Source: Dipteris shenzhenensis
Lineage: Eukaryota
NCBI GenBank assembly: GCA_047967505.1
Contig: CM106538.1
DNA length: 64,000 nt
Reading direction: 5' to 3' (one strand)
A model generated the notes under the pieces. It worked only from the letters and a program-made list of their open reading frames with translations. It searched no databases and was not told the origin of the DNA. The position numbers and the translations under genes are program-made. Below are positions 13,773 through 26,529 of the stretch, piece after piece (the first letter of the stretch is position 1; each line of letters begins with the position of its first letter).

Positions 13773-16700
13773 CTACGCATGTCGCCGTGCTCGGAGAGAG
13801 GTATCTCGGTGGCGAGTCATCTCATGTAAGAAAGCAGCTAGGCATCGCTGATCCGAGAACTGCAGCATGTGTGGGAGGGGGCTGAATCCGTCGCGGAAGA
13901 GGCAGTGGTACCGGCCTCGAATGGCATAATAGATAGGACATCTGAAGCAAAGTGCTCCTCCGACTCGATCTCCTGCAAGTCGCAAAGTGGACAAAGGCGG
14001 CCCTCTCGTGGGATACCCTCTGCGCGTCCGCTCTCGATCCGTAATCGGTGTGACGAAACCCTAAACTGACCGAGGGAGATCCGGAGCGCATGTGGTAGAT
14101 GAAGCTGTGTGTAACCCGGAGGTGTGATGAAGCCCTCCTGTGAAATATGGAGGCAGTGTCGGCGGTAGAAGTCGAGCTTCACAGGAAGCTCGGGGTAAAG
14201 AAACTATGTCCGCCAGGTGTGGAGCTGGAGCAGCTCTGCTCGAATGAGCCGGTTGACCTCCTGGTCAGTGGGGGAGAGGGGAGATGGTGGAGCGTCGAGG
14301 CTGTACTGAAAAGGAGGCAACCGGTCTAAGTTGAGGCCTAGTCGGGTGAACCAACTGCAAAGACGACTATACCAGCATCGCTGGTCCCCATCAACGGATG
14401 AGGCCACAGAGGAGGATAGGGCTAGCCAAGGTAGGCGGAGGCGACCGTCGAAGGAGGAGCTGAAATCCCTGACTCTGTGTAGATAAGTGATAGCCTCGAA
14501 AGCCGCATCGAGCTGTAAGGGTGAGGCGCCGAACTCTGCTAGAATGATCTGGTGTGGTACCGATGGTTTGCTGCGGATCATCCGAGCAAACATCAATATT
14601 TGTAGGCGCTCGACTCGAGCCCACTCTATGTCTGAAAGGTCGGCTCCCCACCACGGGCTACCGTACATGCCTGCTGGGCGGACCAAAGAATCAAAAAGGA
14701 GAGACTTGGTCCGCGGGTCCTGGAAGTGGAAGTGGTAGCACTGTCGCTCCAGCCTGGCAAGAGCGGCGTAGCCCCGACTGATCCTGGACTGCATGGCTGG
14801 GCGCATCGTGAAGATCAGGCCTAAGAAGACAACGCCCAAGTATGTGTAAGAGTCAACTATCTCAACAGGGTCGCCGGCGAAGAGGAACTGCTCTCGGTGC
14901 ATAGCGAGTCTGGAAGTGTTGAAGATCATCACCTTGGTTTTCCCAAGGTTGACCTTCAAGTCATGTGTATCACAGAAGACCTGAAGTCCATCCAGGTGTC
15001 GCTGAAGACCAGTAGCAGAAGAGGATAGTAGTACTACATCGTCTGCGTATAGGAGAGTCTGGATGACAGCCTCCGTAAGAGAGCAGCCTGCACCTCCGAG
15101 TGTCTTGATGGTGGTCTCGAGCTCGTCGATGTAGAGGCCAAATAGAGTCGGTGACAAGGGACATCCTTGTTTGACTCCGATAGTGCTCGTGATCTTTGGG
15201 GTCCAGCTGGTGCCAATCCTGACCTGGCCCATCACCCGCTCATAGAGAGCTACTACTGCCTAGATAACCTCCGAGTCGTAGCCTAACTCCTGCAGGCGTT
15301 TGACGAGTCGGGCGCAGGGAACGGTGTCGAATGTCTTGCGGAAATCCACAAAGCAACAATATACTCTCTGTCTCCTGTGTCTTGCCTCCTCAATGATCCC
15401 TCTAAGTGTAAAAATGTGATCGTAAGTCGAGTGATCCACCCTGAAACTGGCCTGTCCGGATGCCCTCAGTCCCTGTACCTCTGCGCGAGCACTGACCTCG
15501 CCATCTAACACTGATGCATAGATCTTGGACATAACATGTCCAATCATGATGGTCCTGTAATTCCCTGGATCCATGGGATCTCCTGCTTTGTGGATGGGTG
15601 TGATAGTGTTCAGGGTCCAGGCTCTAGGGAACCCGTGGCAGACAGCTTCATTGAACAGCGTTGCCAGGACGGGGGCTAGAGTTTTGATGCCATAGGCAAC
15701 AAACTCTGTGCATAGGCCCTCATGATCCTTAGCTCGGCCGTTGTGAAGCTTAAGCGCTGCGTGGGTGACTCCCTGGGTTGTGAAGAGGGTGCAAGAAGTG
15801 GGGCGGGGGGTGGCTGAGAGGTCGGGAGGAGGCTGATCAGGGATATCATAGAGTGTACGTGCGTAGGAGTGCCAGAGGGAAGTGTCTGTGAGGGGGGAGG
15901 GGGATCGGTGTTCTAGGAATTTCCTCCAGAAATCCTTGGAGTTGCTACTAAACAGAATGTTCAGTAGCGTATCCTCATTCTGGCGCAGGAAGGCTAGCTT
16001 CTTGCGACAGACTAGTCGACGATAATCCCTGGTGAGATGTGGGTTGGCCCTAGCGTTTCGCTGGGTCGTGAGTCGGAGTGTGCGGCGTAATGCTTTACAC
16101 TCGTCATCATACCAGCTATTGCAAGGGGTGGAGCCAGTGGGTGGAGGGCGGGTGGACCGAGTAGTGGAAGGAAAAATGTGGCAGACTGCATTGTGAAGGG
16201 AGTGGGTGATAAGGGCGGCTCGGTGATCTAGAGAGGGTATGGTGTCTATGTGTCTGAGGAGGGAGGCTAGGTGGGCTGAGTAATCAGGTGAGAGGTTATG
16301 TTCAAAGTGTATATCATGATAGGTAGTGTAGTGCGGGGTGTGGCTGGGAGGGCCTCGAGGCGCAAGGATATGAAAGAACAGATAAGTGTGGTCGGCTCCT
16401 AGGGGTAAGGGTGCAGTACGGAAGTCAGTGATCTGTGGGGCTAAAGCAGGAGATCCTAGAATGTAGTCGACGACACTGGCTCCTCCGCCATGTGGAAAAC
16501 ATGTGAAACCAGAGGAGGCAAGCCACCAATCTAGTCCATTGTAGATGACCAAATCATGTATACGTCCAAGGTCCAAAAGAGCTTGCCTATACGCAGTAAC
16601 GGGAGCGCGACTGTCGACCGAGGAGCGGGGGAAGCCCGAGTCCTCTATGTCCATCTCAGGTAATAGGACCGGATCTGAGTGGAAGTCCAAGAGTGATGTC

Positions 16701-17217
16701 TGATGTGCACCTGTCCTTGCATTGAAATCCCCAACTAGGAGGACCTCTCTGCGTCTGGAGAACTCCACAATGTCTGAGTAGAGATCTAAATAGGGGGATA
16801 CCCCCGTATCCTCACGTAGCATCCGTGCGAAATGTGACGTCTCAGGAGGAAAGTAGCAGACTGCAATAAAGAGGTCGCATGTGGAGGGGCGTCGAAATTG
16901 GAGCCATAGATAACGGGCATGGACATCCCGTCTAACCACGGATATCAAGCTCGTGAGTGCTGAACGAAAGAGTACTGCAACTCCGCCTGATCCTCGGACC
17001 CCCCCAGTATGTCTGGTCTCCTCACGGAACACTAACTCCCAGGTATAGCCACTGACCGAGGGGAGAGGGCGCTCGGGGCTCTGATGTGTCTCTGTATAGA
17101 AAACGATGTCGCGTCCAGTATATGACTCTGAGAAGTTCCCAGGGTCAGACCATAGGGTACCATTACAGTTCCATATGGTGCATGCCAAAGGTACTGTGTG
17201 CTAAGTCTGAATCTCAT
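13773..17217 (-). pseudogene. RTE-X-like ORF2 (APE, RT, zinc finger), interrupted
   Basis: IWNCNG, YTETH, VGDFNART, VVDY, ADH; NYRTI, FVDFRKTFD, GVKQGCPLSP, LYADD, YTYLG. Stop at 15260 and frameshifts near 14200 and 13945. Confidence 0.9.
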
Positions 17218-17249
17218 AGACCATGTCTCCCTATTTGGGGGGGGAGCCT

Positions 17250-18347
17250 GCTACCGTGTCTGGAGTACCTGGTGGGGCTCAGCGGCGGGGGCAAACTAAT
17301 AGGTGGCCATCTCGGACGACAGCCCACTTTCCCTCCTGACGGGCTACATCTCGCTGCTGAAGCAGGGTGCGCCGCTCTTCCACCTACATAGGTGTGAGAT
17401 CCTCATCCATGAAGATAGTAGGGTGATCCCGTAGTGTAGCACGCTGCCTGAGTGCTGCAAGTCGAGCCTGAGTATCCCTGAATCGGATGATGAGTGGCTG
17501 TGGCGTGTGGGGTCCCGTCCTGTGCGCCATGCATGCTCGATCCCATGCTCGACGAGGCCGAGGGTAGAGGTCACGAAAGCAGTCGCGTCCGCTAAGGGGG
17601 TGAGTGAATCTGCAGGGGGGATACCTCGTACTCGGATGTTGAGAGCCTTACTGGCCCTCTGTTCCTGCTCGGCGATGGTGGCCGAGACTGCTGCTTTGGG
17701 TGCCCGTCTCGCAATGCCCACCTATCTGCTAGTCTCCGCAATAGCAGTCTAGATGATAGCGATCCGCTCCTCCACCTCTAGTGTAGTGCGCGGGGCTGCT
17801 GTGACTGTAGCAGTGAGAGAGACAACCTCCTGACGGAGGTGAGTGATCTCCTAGCGCATGCTCTGAATAAGCTGATCTTGTGCTACGGTATGATCCCGTA
17901 GTCGATGTAGCTCCATAAAGATGTAATCTATCGTCTCAGGTGGGACCCGGGGGGGTGCGAACTGGGACTGGCGTAGGGCTGGGGGGGCGTGGGAGATAGG
18001 CTGGCTGTATATGGCAGGGGAGTGGAGAAAGGCTGCTGGGTGAGGGGAAGGGGGGATACAAGAGTGGTGGAGACAAAAGGGAGCTCTGTGGGGGGTGAGG
18101 AACTGTGACCCTCTCCTATGGGGGGCAGGCTGAGGGCGGTGGTAACGGGGTTATTTGGTACACTGGTGGTGGGGGAGGCAGTGGTCGGAGTAGAGATGAT
18201 GGCTGCGGGAGAAAGAACTGCATTGGTGCCCATTGCACCCGATGTTTTCAGGACTGGTTGGTTGTCAATTGCTAATCCACTCCTAGAGATGCGCTTTGTG
18301 ATGTCTCCCACAATTGGCTTCCGAGACTGTTTGGGTTTTTGGGCCAT
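17250..18347 (-). pseudogene. RTE-X-like ORF1 (low-complexity, coiled coil, RRM-like), interrupted
   Basis: MAQKPKQSRK...; EQEQRASKALNIRVRGIPP motif. Contains stops and frameshifts; the 3' boundary is approximate. Confidence 0.65.
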
Positions 18348-18499
18348 TGTAGGACTTGTTTAGGTGCACGATTTCCTGCAGAGGCAGATCTTGTTCAGCA
18401 TTGCTGTAGGGGTGTGCAGGCCTGCGCAGGGCCAGTGGCAAGCCAAGGCTTGCAGCTGACAAGGGCCCTCAGACCACGGGGCAGCAGGCCAAGTGTAGC

Positions 18500-19082
18500 G
18501 GGATGAGGGGGGAGGCTGGAGGCAGGCAGCGGGGGGGAAGGAGACAGGCAGCGAAGGGGCTGGAGGCACGCAGCGGGGGGGGCTGGAGGCAGGCAGCGGG
18601 GGGGAGCTGGAAAGGCTGGAGGCAAGCGGTGGGGCAACGGGGAGGAGGTAGCGGGGGAGCTGGAGAGGAGACGGGAGGGGGGACGGAGAGGCTGCAAGAG
18701 GGGGAGCGAGGCGGAGAGGCTACGGGAGGGGGGGTGGCGTAGAGGCTACGGGAGGGGGGGGCAGAGCGGAGAGGCTGCGAGAGGGGGGACGGAGAGGCTG
18801 CGAGAGGGGGAGCGGGGCGGAGAGGCTACGGGAGGGGGGGGCAGAGCGGAGAGGCTACGGGAGGGGGGGGGCAGAGCGGAGAGGCTACGGGAGGGGGGGC
18901 AGAGCGGAGAGGATACGGGAGGGGGAACGGAGAGGCTGCGAGAGGGGGAGCGGGGAGAGGCTGCAAGAGGGGGAGGGGAGCGGGGAGCGGAGAGGCTGCA
19001 GAGGGGGAGGGGGAGCGGTGAGCGGAGAGGCTGCGAGAGGGGGAGGGGGAGGGGGAGGGGGAGCGGGGAGCGGAGAGGCTGC
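18500..19082. repeat. G-rich minisatellite (ggagaggctgc/ggagaggctacggg units) in the LINE 5' UTR
   Basis: Imperfect tandem units of about 20-30 bp with G-runs, directly visible. Confidence 0.85.
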
Positions 19083-19254
19083 AAGAAAGTGCTTTCTTCT
19101 TATCCACATCAATTGACTTGCCAGCTAACTCATCATCAGATTTCAATAAAAACAATAGTGCCGAGAGAGCAGCCTCACTTTGAATCATTCGGGTGACCAC
19201 TTCATCCAAGTTGCTATGCTTGCTCTTCTTTCCAAAGAAGCAGTCACCACTTAG

Positions 19255-19560
19255 GATCTTAAATGTAGCTGTAATGCCTCTATGACCAGCATAGGGTGAG
19301 TGATGGTTTACCTCTAAAACTTTTGTAGGAGTTCCTCTGTAATGCATAGTTTCTCTTGCATATACATGTGTCGATCATTGATGTAGTAAGCATGGTGAGT
19401 ATCCCCCATCATTAAATGTGTCCGTACTTGAGGAAAATCAGCATCCTCTGCATACATATCCTTAAAAGCCGTCAACTCATCATGATACGTGACTGAGATA
19501 TGCTGAAATACGAGAGAGTGCATTCGCCACTACATTTTCTTTTCCAAGAGTAATGAATTT
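19255..19560 (-). mobile_element. Gypsy pol fragment (RNase H to integrase zinc finger)
   Basis: YAEDADF...YYINDRHMYMQEKLCIT...HHSPYAGHRGITAT, similar to the pol at 45671-47305. Confidence 0.75.
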
Positions 19561-20759
19561 GGAAATGAAAGGCAATGCCCTGACCTGGTCCACACAGGTC
19601 TGCACTAAACAGCAACTCTCCAGGCACATACACAAGACCCTGGCTCAGCCTTCACACAGCTAGAAGTGCCTCAGAGGTAGCTGTACAAACTAGGGTCATT
19701 GGTTCCAAGCATTAAGGTCATGGTTTGCCAACTGACCCCCTAGGGGCATTAAATTCCCATGCCTCATTTGCCATGTATCTCTGTGTGGAGCTTGTGTGGC
19801 CTCTCTGCTTGCCTTGTGGCACCTAGGTGTCACCTCTAGAAGCCCCTCGAAGGCCCTGGAGCCCTTCCTTGATGTTTTGAGTCTTCACCCCTACCAAAAG
19901 TCCCTCATTCTAAAGATGGCGGATTTTTGCAGCTTCTCTCTTGCTGGCTGAAGTCGATTTTGGAGTTTTCTTCGCGCAAGTTCTCCTCCCCTTGGTGCTC
20001 CCTGCTGCTGGCATGCTTCCTCGACTTGGACGCCTCCATTCTGGGCCTTTTCCGAGGGTTTTCTCGCCTTTCTTCACAACAAAAGTCTTCCTTTCTTGCA
20101 TCTGAGGCCATATTCTTGGATGCCTCACTTCTAGCTCTTGTCTGGTGCAAGGCGCACTGAGAATTGAGGTGCTGGTGGGGTGGAATCTTCATTCTGGTGG
20201 ACAAGATCATGGCGGATCTGTTTCAACTTGCTGGACCCTCTCTTTCTTGATCTTTTCTGGTGCTGGAAGTCAGTCATAGGCAGCTCCCTCCTACCAGAGT
20301 CTGTTGTCTGCTGTTCAACCAACTTCTGGGGCTGTTCCGGGCTGAAACAGGCCCTTTCTGTTGGCTGGATTCTTATCTTCTCCTTCTGCTCCTTCTGCTC
20401 TATGCTACTGTCATTCTTGCTAAGATTCTGCAAGGTTGGATGCCTTGCCATTGGTTTGGGTGAGGATTGGGGCAGTGGTTGCGATACTCTCTTCCTAGGG
20501 GTGTAGTGGCAAACCTTGGGCTCAGTAATGGCTTTGATCTATGTGAATGCATTGCTTGGCATGATGTCGGGTTGTTCTACTTGTGTTATGCATGGCTATT
20601 GAAGGGAACCAAGAGAATAGCACTGGGACTGGCACAGCCATGGGTTGGCATTGTACTAAGTTGCACCTGCAGGTGAGCTCTTGAAGGAAGTCCCTTGTAT
20701 TTGAGCTAACCAGTGACTAAATAAATACCGCAAGGGGCGCCAAGTGTTGGGGCCAACAC

Positions 20760-23100
20760 GTGTCATTTTACATGCTTTTGAGTAGGGGCATTCTAGCCTC
20801 CCTTGTTTTAAATGGTTCAGTGATGCTATGCTGTGAAGATATATGCTCTAAGTAATGCATGTGGGCAATAGCAATGGTTCATGTTGGCTGTATTTCAGTT
20901 TTGTGAGATAATAGTGTCAGTTACATTGCCCTTTGTCAGTCAAAGGCCGATTACAGAAGCCTGGCCATCTTTCTTTTGAAACTGGTTGTCCTTCTTCTGA
21001 TCCTTGCCCATTGTGTTTTTTGACTGCTGTGGGGCTTTGGAATCTTTCTAGACCTGCTTGGGCTTTCCCCCGTTCAGCATCATCTCCCGATTCTATGCGA
21101 GAGTCAACTCCCACTCGTAATCTGGCGGGTCGAAGTTCCAAATGGTATAACGGATGTTGGTGTCCAATCCTCAAATGAATTGCTTCATCTTGGCGCTCTC
21201 CGTCACGCTCAATTGCTGCGCTAGCCTGATGACCTTGTTACTATATGTCAACACAAGCAAACCATTCTGGGAGAGACGAGAAAACTCATCTTCAAGATTA
21301 AGCATATATTGGGGTGGGAAAAAACAGGCTTTGAGGTCGTCCACAAACGTTACCCAAACGAAATTCGTCTTAAACGTTGTTGGGTCAGTATGCTTACTAG
21401 CCCAATGTTGCCACCAGGTCACCGCCTCACTTCTAAGATGAGGGGCTACGAGGTGGACTATGTCTTGCTCATCTTGAATCCGCACTAACGGAAAATGAGC
21501 TACAAACTTATGAATAAATTGCAAAATTGCTGAATGGTCACACTTACCATCATACTTAACAAAATTTGGAGTGGACAGAGTGAGAGGTGTTACCTTTGCC
21601 GATGACAAAGTTGTGGCAATGACCGCTACTGCTACGCTCAAACTTGCTTGCATAGTGGCTAACATCTGTTTGTGGTCTAGCTTTTGTTGCCTCTCTGCCT
21701 GAGCGAGCTCTGCACATCGCGGTGCCTCTTTTTTGCGTTCCTCGTGCATCAACAAGAGCAATTTTTCAAAATCGGTAATTCCTCTTTCTTCCAGTGGCTT
21801 TTTTGCTTCTTTTCCCTCCAAACGTTGTTTTGTCTGGTCTAGCTATCTTTTGCTTTCTTCTAGCTGGGATGAATGTTCTTCAACTTGCTGTAGGAGGACC
21901 CGATTCTGCTCTAGAAGGTTCGCCATCACTTCTTGAGCACTTGGCGGACGCAGATCTTGTTGGTAGTCTTTCTCCTCTTCAAAGTCTTCAAGGGTGAATC
22001 CTTTCCTTGACCCTTCCATGGCACTTGATTGTGTGTCCTTTCCGGATCTCAACACAACCATACACTCGCGGTAGTCAAGCTGGATATAGACCGAAGCTCT
22101 GATACCAATGTAACATGCAACAGTAATCTAATCGTGTAATTCACAGCAAACCTTCTTTAAACCTTTAGCGAGGAATTAGCTTTGTACACCATAGAGAGAG
22201 AAAGGAGATGAGGGTAGAGAGAGAGTAGAGTCGACAACCGATTGGGTCCCTGTACCCACTGAAAGAGCACGAAACGCGCTTCTGAAGAGCTCACAAGGCA
22301 CACCGACCAATACCGAGACCTTGATGCTATCCACACTGATGATGTAGGACGCTTTTGCAAGGCAAGGGAGACGCTTGTGCTGTCCACCGGAATGCAAGGT
22401 TACTGCGTGAGTGAGATGAGTGAAAGCTAGGAGTGATAGATCCTATAAGAGATCTGAGAGATGACTGAAATAAAGAGCTGAGAATAAGCTGTGTAAAACT
22501 GTAAGAGAACTGAAAAGGGCTGCTGAAACAGATCCCAAACCTTACTCCGTTCGGTGTCCTGACTCCCCGACTGATGCGCTGCAGGAACACCTTCCCAGAG
22601 GGCTGAACTGATGCCAAAGGCTGAGGCTGGTCAGAGGGCCACTAGGGTTGAGTGCCAGGCTGTTCAGAGGGGGCTGAGGAGGGGCTGTAGGAGGCTGAAA
22701 GAGGGGGGGAACTGAATGAGGAAAGAGGGTCTGGAGGCCCCCTATTTATAGGGCTTTTGGGGCTGGTTGGCTGGTCCCTTGGCCCCATAAAGGCAGCCCT
22801 AGGCCCCATAAATGGCAGCCTAAGGAGGGGTGCACGGTAGCGTATAAAAGCAGCCCTTCCCTTGCCATTCTCTTCACTTGTTCCAGCCCTGAGGGGGCCC
22901 AGAAGGGCTCCTATCCTAGGCTGGACCTAAACCTATCTCTAAACCTAAGACGGAAACACTACCCTACGGTTCTCCAGTGGGTACTAGTGAACAAGGACTA
23001 ATCTTCCAACTTGACCTGAGGCTGAGAGACTGACTTACGTAGCTTGTGCTTGACTGTCCCTGGACAAGGGCTCACAAAGGGGTCACAGCATACGACAAAA
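20760..23100 (-). mobile_element. Truncated Gypsy element: 5' LTR (22109 to about 23100), tRNA-Met PBS and gag
   Basis: PBS tggtatcagagc at 22096-22107 next to the LTR CA end. gag starts at ATG 22061 (KYDGKCDHSAILQFI, EAVTWW, CFKRKMARLL remnant) and has stops. The outer LTR boundary is uncertain (23097 or 23123). Confidence 0.75.
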
Positions 23101-24322
23101 ACTCCTATTAGGGAACTATTACACACTTGTCAAGTAACCAGTGTGATTTGCACCCAACTGCAGGGGTGCATGTGATACACAGATTTGCTCATCCTTGCTT
23201 GGCGCCTCATCTATCTTTTCACCCATCAAACCTGCTTCATTGTCACTGTTATGTAGGCTACTCTGAATATACGCATTTCTTCCATTAGTGTGCTGAACTG
23301 CCAGGGCATCATCTAGAGCAATGTATCGGTCTTGCAAACTGATATAACAGCCCCCTTGCTGTCCATATTTGTTTCCATCATGTGGGCTACTGCTTTTATT
23401 TGAGCAGCTATCCCAACATAACCCTTTTGTAATTGCAGCTGTAATAGCCTAGAAACAACCAGATTTTTGTCCTGCATATTGAGGCATCTTCCACGGCTTT
23501 GAAGCATGATTTAGCTGCATATTAGGGAGAGGCATAGCATGGCTGGGCTGCATAGCTCCTCTAGGCATCATAGCTCTAGGAGACTCTTTGGGTGGATCAA
23601 TATCCTTCCCATCCCCATCGTTTTGGTGCATAGGAGGAAGCATCGGCTGCTTTCCCATCGACTGCATTGCAATGTGCACAACCTCTCCGACCTTCTCACA
23701 AATTTGTTCGCCGATTTGCTGGCCCATCTGCTTCTCTGCCTCGGCTTGGGCCATGCTCTGAAGCATCACCGATGAAGCATCCATGAATTTAGCCCTTGTG
23801 CCATCATTGCAAAGCTAGGAGGTATACCCTTGGGTGCTACCAAGATGACAGCTTTTGGTTCTTGCTGTTCATAGCCATTTTAAGCTACTATTTTCATTAG
23901 AACACTTCTCCCCACAACATCCTTTAGTATTTGCAGCTGGAATCACTTGACAACGACCATAGTTTTGTCCAGCATCCAAAGGCATCATCCATGGCTTTAG
24001 AGCATGGTTTGGCTGCATGCCAGGGAGTGGCATAACATGGCTGGACTTCATTATAAGCATTGGCATAACTACATTCTCCCTAGATGTTGGGTGTCTATTG
24101 TTATAGGCTTGCATGGCCTTTGGCACCACTCCCCTCGGCATCATAGCTCCAACAACAGGTTGCTCTATGGCATTTGTATCTCGACATTTAATATACCTTT
24201 GTAAGACTAGAATAAGTCCAATCATACAAATTTAGAATGAAAACAAGAAATAAAGAAGAAACAAAGCAGGTGACTTAAGCAAAAATAAACAAGCAACTCA
24301 AAAAACAAAAACTTCCAAAAAA

Positions 24323-24340
24323 CTCTCTCTCTCTCTCTCT
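24323..24340. repeat. (CT)9 microsatellite at the 3' flank of the Penelope-like element
   Basis: ctctctctctctctctct. Confidence 0.9.
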
Positions 24341-24459
24341 TATTTAAAACATAAAAAGCTAAATGGCCCTTTACACTTATGTCTCTTTTCTACAAAGAGG
24401 CAAAAATACATTTCTAACTTAGAAAGCACAAGTATACTCAAACAAACTCTCTTTTGAAA

Positions 24460-25131
24460 CTAAAAGAAAAACGGGCTATTCAGCTCCCCGCTTTTTGTTT
24501 TCAGCTTATGTTCAATCATTCTAAACAAACCTAAGGCCGAAACACCATAGATAAAAGACTTCATATCTAAGAATGTGCGAACTTTTTTCATTATTTTCCT
24601 TGGATTATACCTCTTGTGTAATAGTAAAGTGATCAAATTACTACATTGAGTGATAAAAGACTCCTTAGTTGTACAAAGGCAGGAAAATCTATGGAATTGG
24701 GAAGAAATGACTCCATATTTTGCCAAATCAGAAATGTTTGAGTCAATGTGAGGCATTTTTATAATGTGTAAACCACTATATTCAGGTTGTTCACGTTTAT
24801 CGTAAATATCAACCTCTAATCCTATGGTAGATTGAGAAAGTCTAAGATCTAAGAAAACACAAGAATCCCCTCTTGAAGTGCAGTTCAGTTCACAAGAGTC
24901 ACGAGGATAGATTCCTTCTCCAAAAGCTCTAGCATCTTTGTACATAAAGTCTTGAAAGTTAGGAACATCTGGTACAAATAAATCATCTATAAAACGCCTA
25001 ACTTGACTAAGCTTATGTAAAATGATAGGGCAGGTATTGATAGAAATAAGACGTTGCATAAACTCAAATTCATAAGTGAAAAGATAAAAGTTTGCTAAAA
25101 AGACGGCACAATTAGTGCCCATGGGGATTCC
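24460..25131 (-). pseudogene. Penelope-like RT, C-terminal part (motifs B to E, thumb)
   Basis: GIPMGTNCAVFLANFYLFTYE, RRFIDD, CVFLDL, IYDKR and a PLE-type thumb. Same reading frame as the 5' part. Confidence 0.88.
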
Positions 25132-25421
25132 TATATTTATATGCTCATAAATTTACATGATGGGAGGTCTCAGAAATGGAGAGTATCCCAAAGATCAGAA
25201 AAAAATATTCAAAACCAAAACCTTGTTTTCCCCATACGTGTGCCCTACCACTGAGCAATAGAGTAATAGCATGTCCCATGTTTGTTATAATAATACTATA
25301 AGAGGCCCCTCATCCCCCTCCCCCTTTGGTATGTCCTTTCCTCTTTAATGCCCCCCCTCCCCAATCTCACGTCCCTCCCTCTTTAATGCTACTACCTTTG
25401 TGTATCTTTTCTTTTTAGAAC

Positions 25422-26529
25422 CTATGTCATGATCTGTTTTCTCAACTTTTAGCACTTTGCATCTATCTTTGTCAAATCTCAGCTTGAAAACTTCAGCCAC
25501 TAGCTTTTCAATTCTAAACTTCAGGTCTTCCAGCTCAATCTTTGTGTAAAGCGTGGTAAAATCATAGGTTTGAAGGAGAATAGGAGACTCTTTTTCCTGA
25601 ATGCTTCGAGAGGAATTAAAAAATTTTACAACAGGAATCACTCCTACAGAGTCATTTAAAATCCAGCTTGAGTTCGAGGGGACATCTGCCTCTTTTAATA
25701 AGTCCCTCCAAAGTTCATGGACACTAGGCAACATGGCTTTGAAGCAGTAGCTTAGCCATTTAGAGACATTCGTCGAAGTAGTCCAAGCAGCTGCAATAAA
25801 TCTTGGCTTTTTTGGAGTTTTGTGAAACTTCCAAGCAGCACAAAGAAAAGGTATGCTTGAATTGCAAACAAACCCAGAAGACTTGCAAAAACTCTGATGT
25901 TTTGAGATCAAATCCTTTTGAGAAACTAAGGCGGGGATGTAAGTTTTGGCAGATGAGTTCACTTCTCTCAAAAGACATTCTAAGTAAAAATTTTTGCAAA
26001 TAAAAACAAAGTTATTGGAACATTTGTCCACATAAGAAATGACGAAATTCCTATGGAATTTTCGAAGAAGAGTTTCATCTTCTTTAGAAAGATGGTTACT
26101 TTTCTTTGAGCAAATAATCGAAGGGACTTCTTCTAGTTTCAAAGCAACTTTCTTCAAAATCTTCCCTTTCCATTCTGATAAGATATTTTTAACTCCTAAA
26201 CAATCTTCTAATTGCAAAACAAACTTTGAGATTCCCTTATCGATAGCTTTTAAAAGGCAAGACTCTTTAAAAGAGTACAATCGAAATTTCGTGCCTTTCA
26301 TGAAAAGGTCTCTTAGGTTACTAGAAAGCAAAATTGAGGTATCAGTTGTGACTACATGTCCTAAATCAGCATCAATAAAGCTTTGGAATCTCTTACTTTT
26401 ACAACAACAAGGTTCTTTAAGGATAGAAGATTTTGAATGCTCTGAAAGCCTTTTACCTATCTCTCCATAGTTGAAAGCCTTTTGTCCTAAAGTTTTTACA
26501 TACTTCCAAGCTACTACTAGATGCTCCAA
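25422..26529 (-). pseudogene. Penelope-like RT, N-terminal part (CxC, DK motif, motifs 1, 2 and A)
   Basis: Open frame 26529-25345; homology ends at about 25422, where a 291-nt insert begins. Confidence 0.85.

Larger units (their letters stand above)
13171..19082 (-). mobile_element. Near full-length RTE-X-like LINE (decayed)
   Basis: 5' minisatellite UTR, ORF1 and APE-RT ORF2 with C-terminal IESGR...RLCPLC...EEH motif. The 3' end is taataaac(tttc)n at 13171-13198. No convincing TSD was found. Confidence 0.85.

Noticed and set aside
18360-19112. Pro/Leu/Ser-rich ORFs; CRISPR-like periodicity
   Set aside because: A minisatellite with no unique spacers, in eukaryotic context with no cas genes.
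19560-20750. ORFs at 19905-20506
   Set aside because: Low-complexity, LTR/leader-like sequence with no domain evidence and unclear boundaries.
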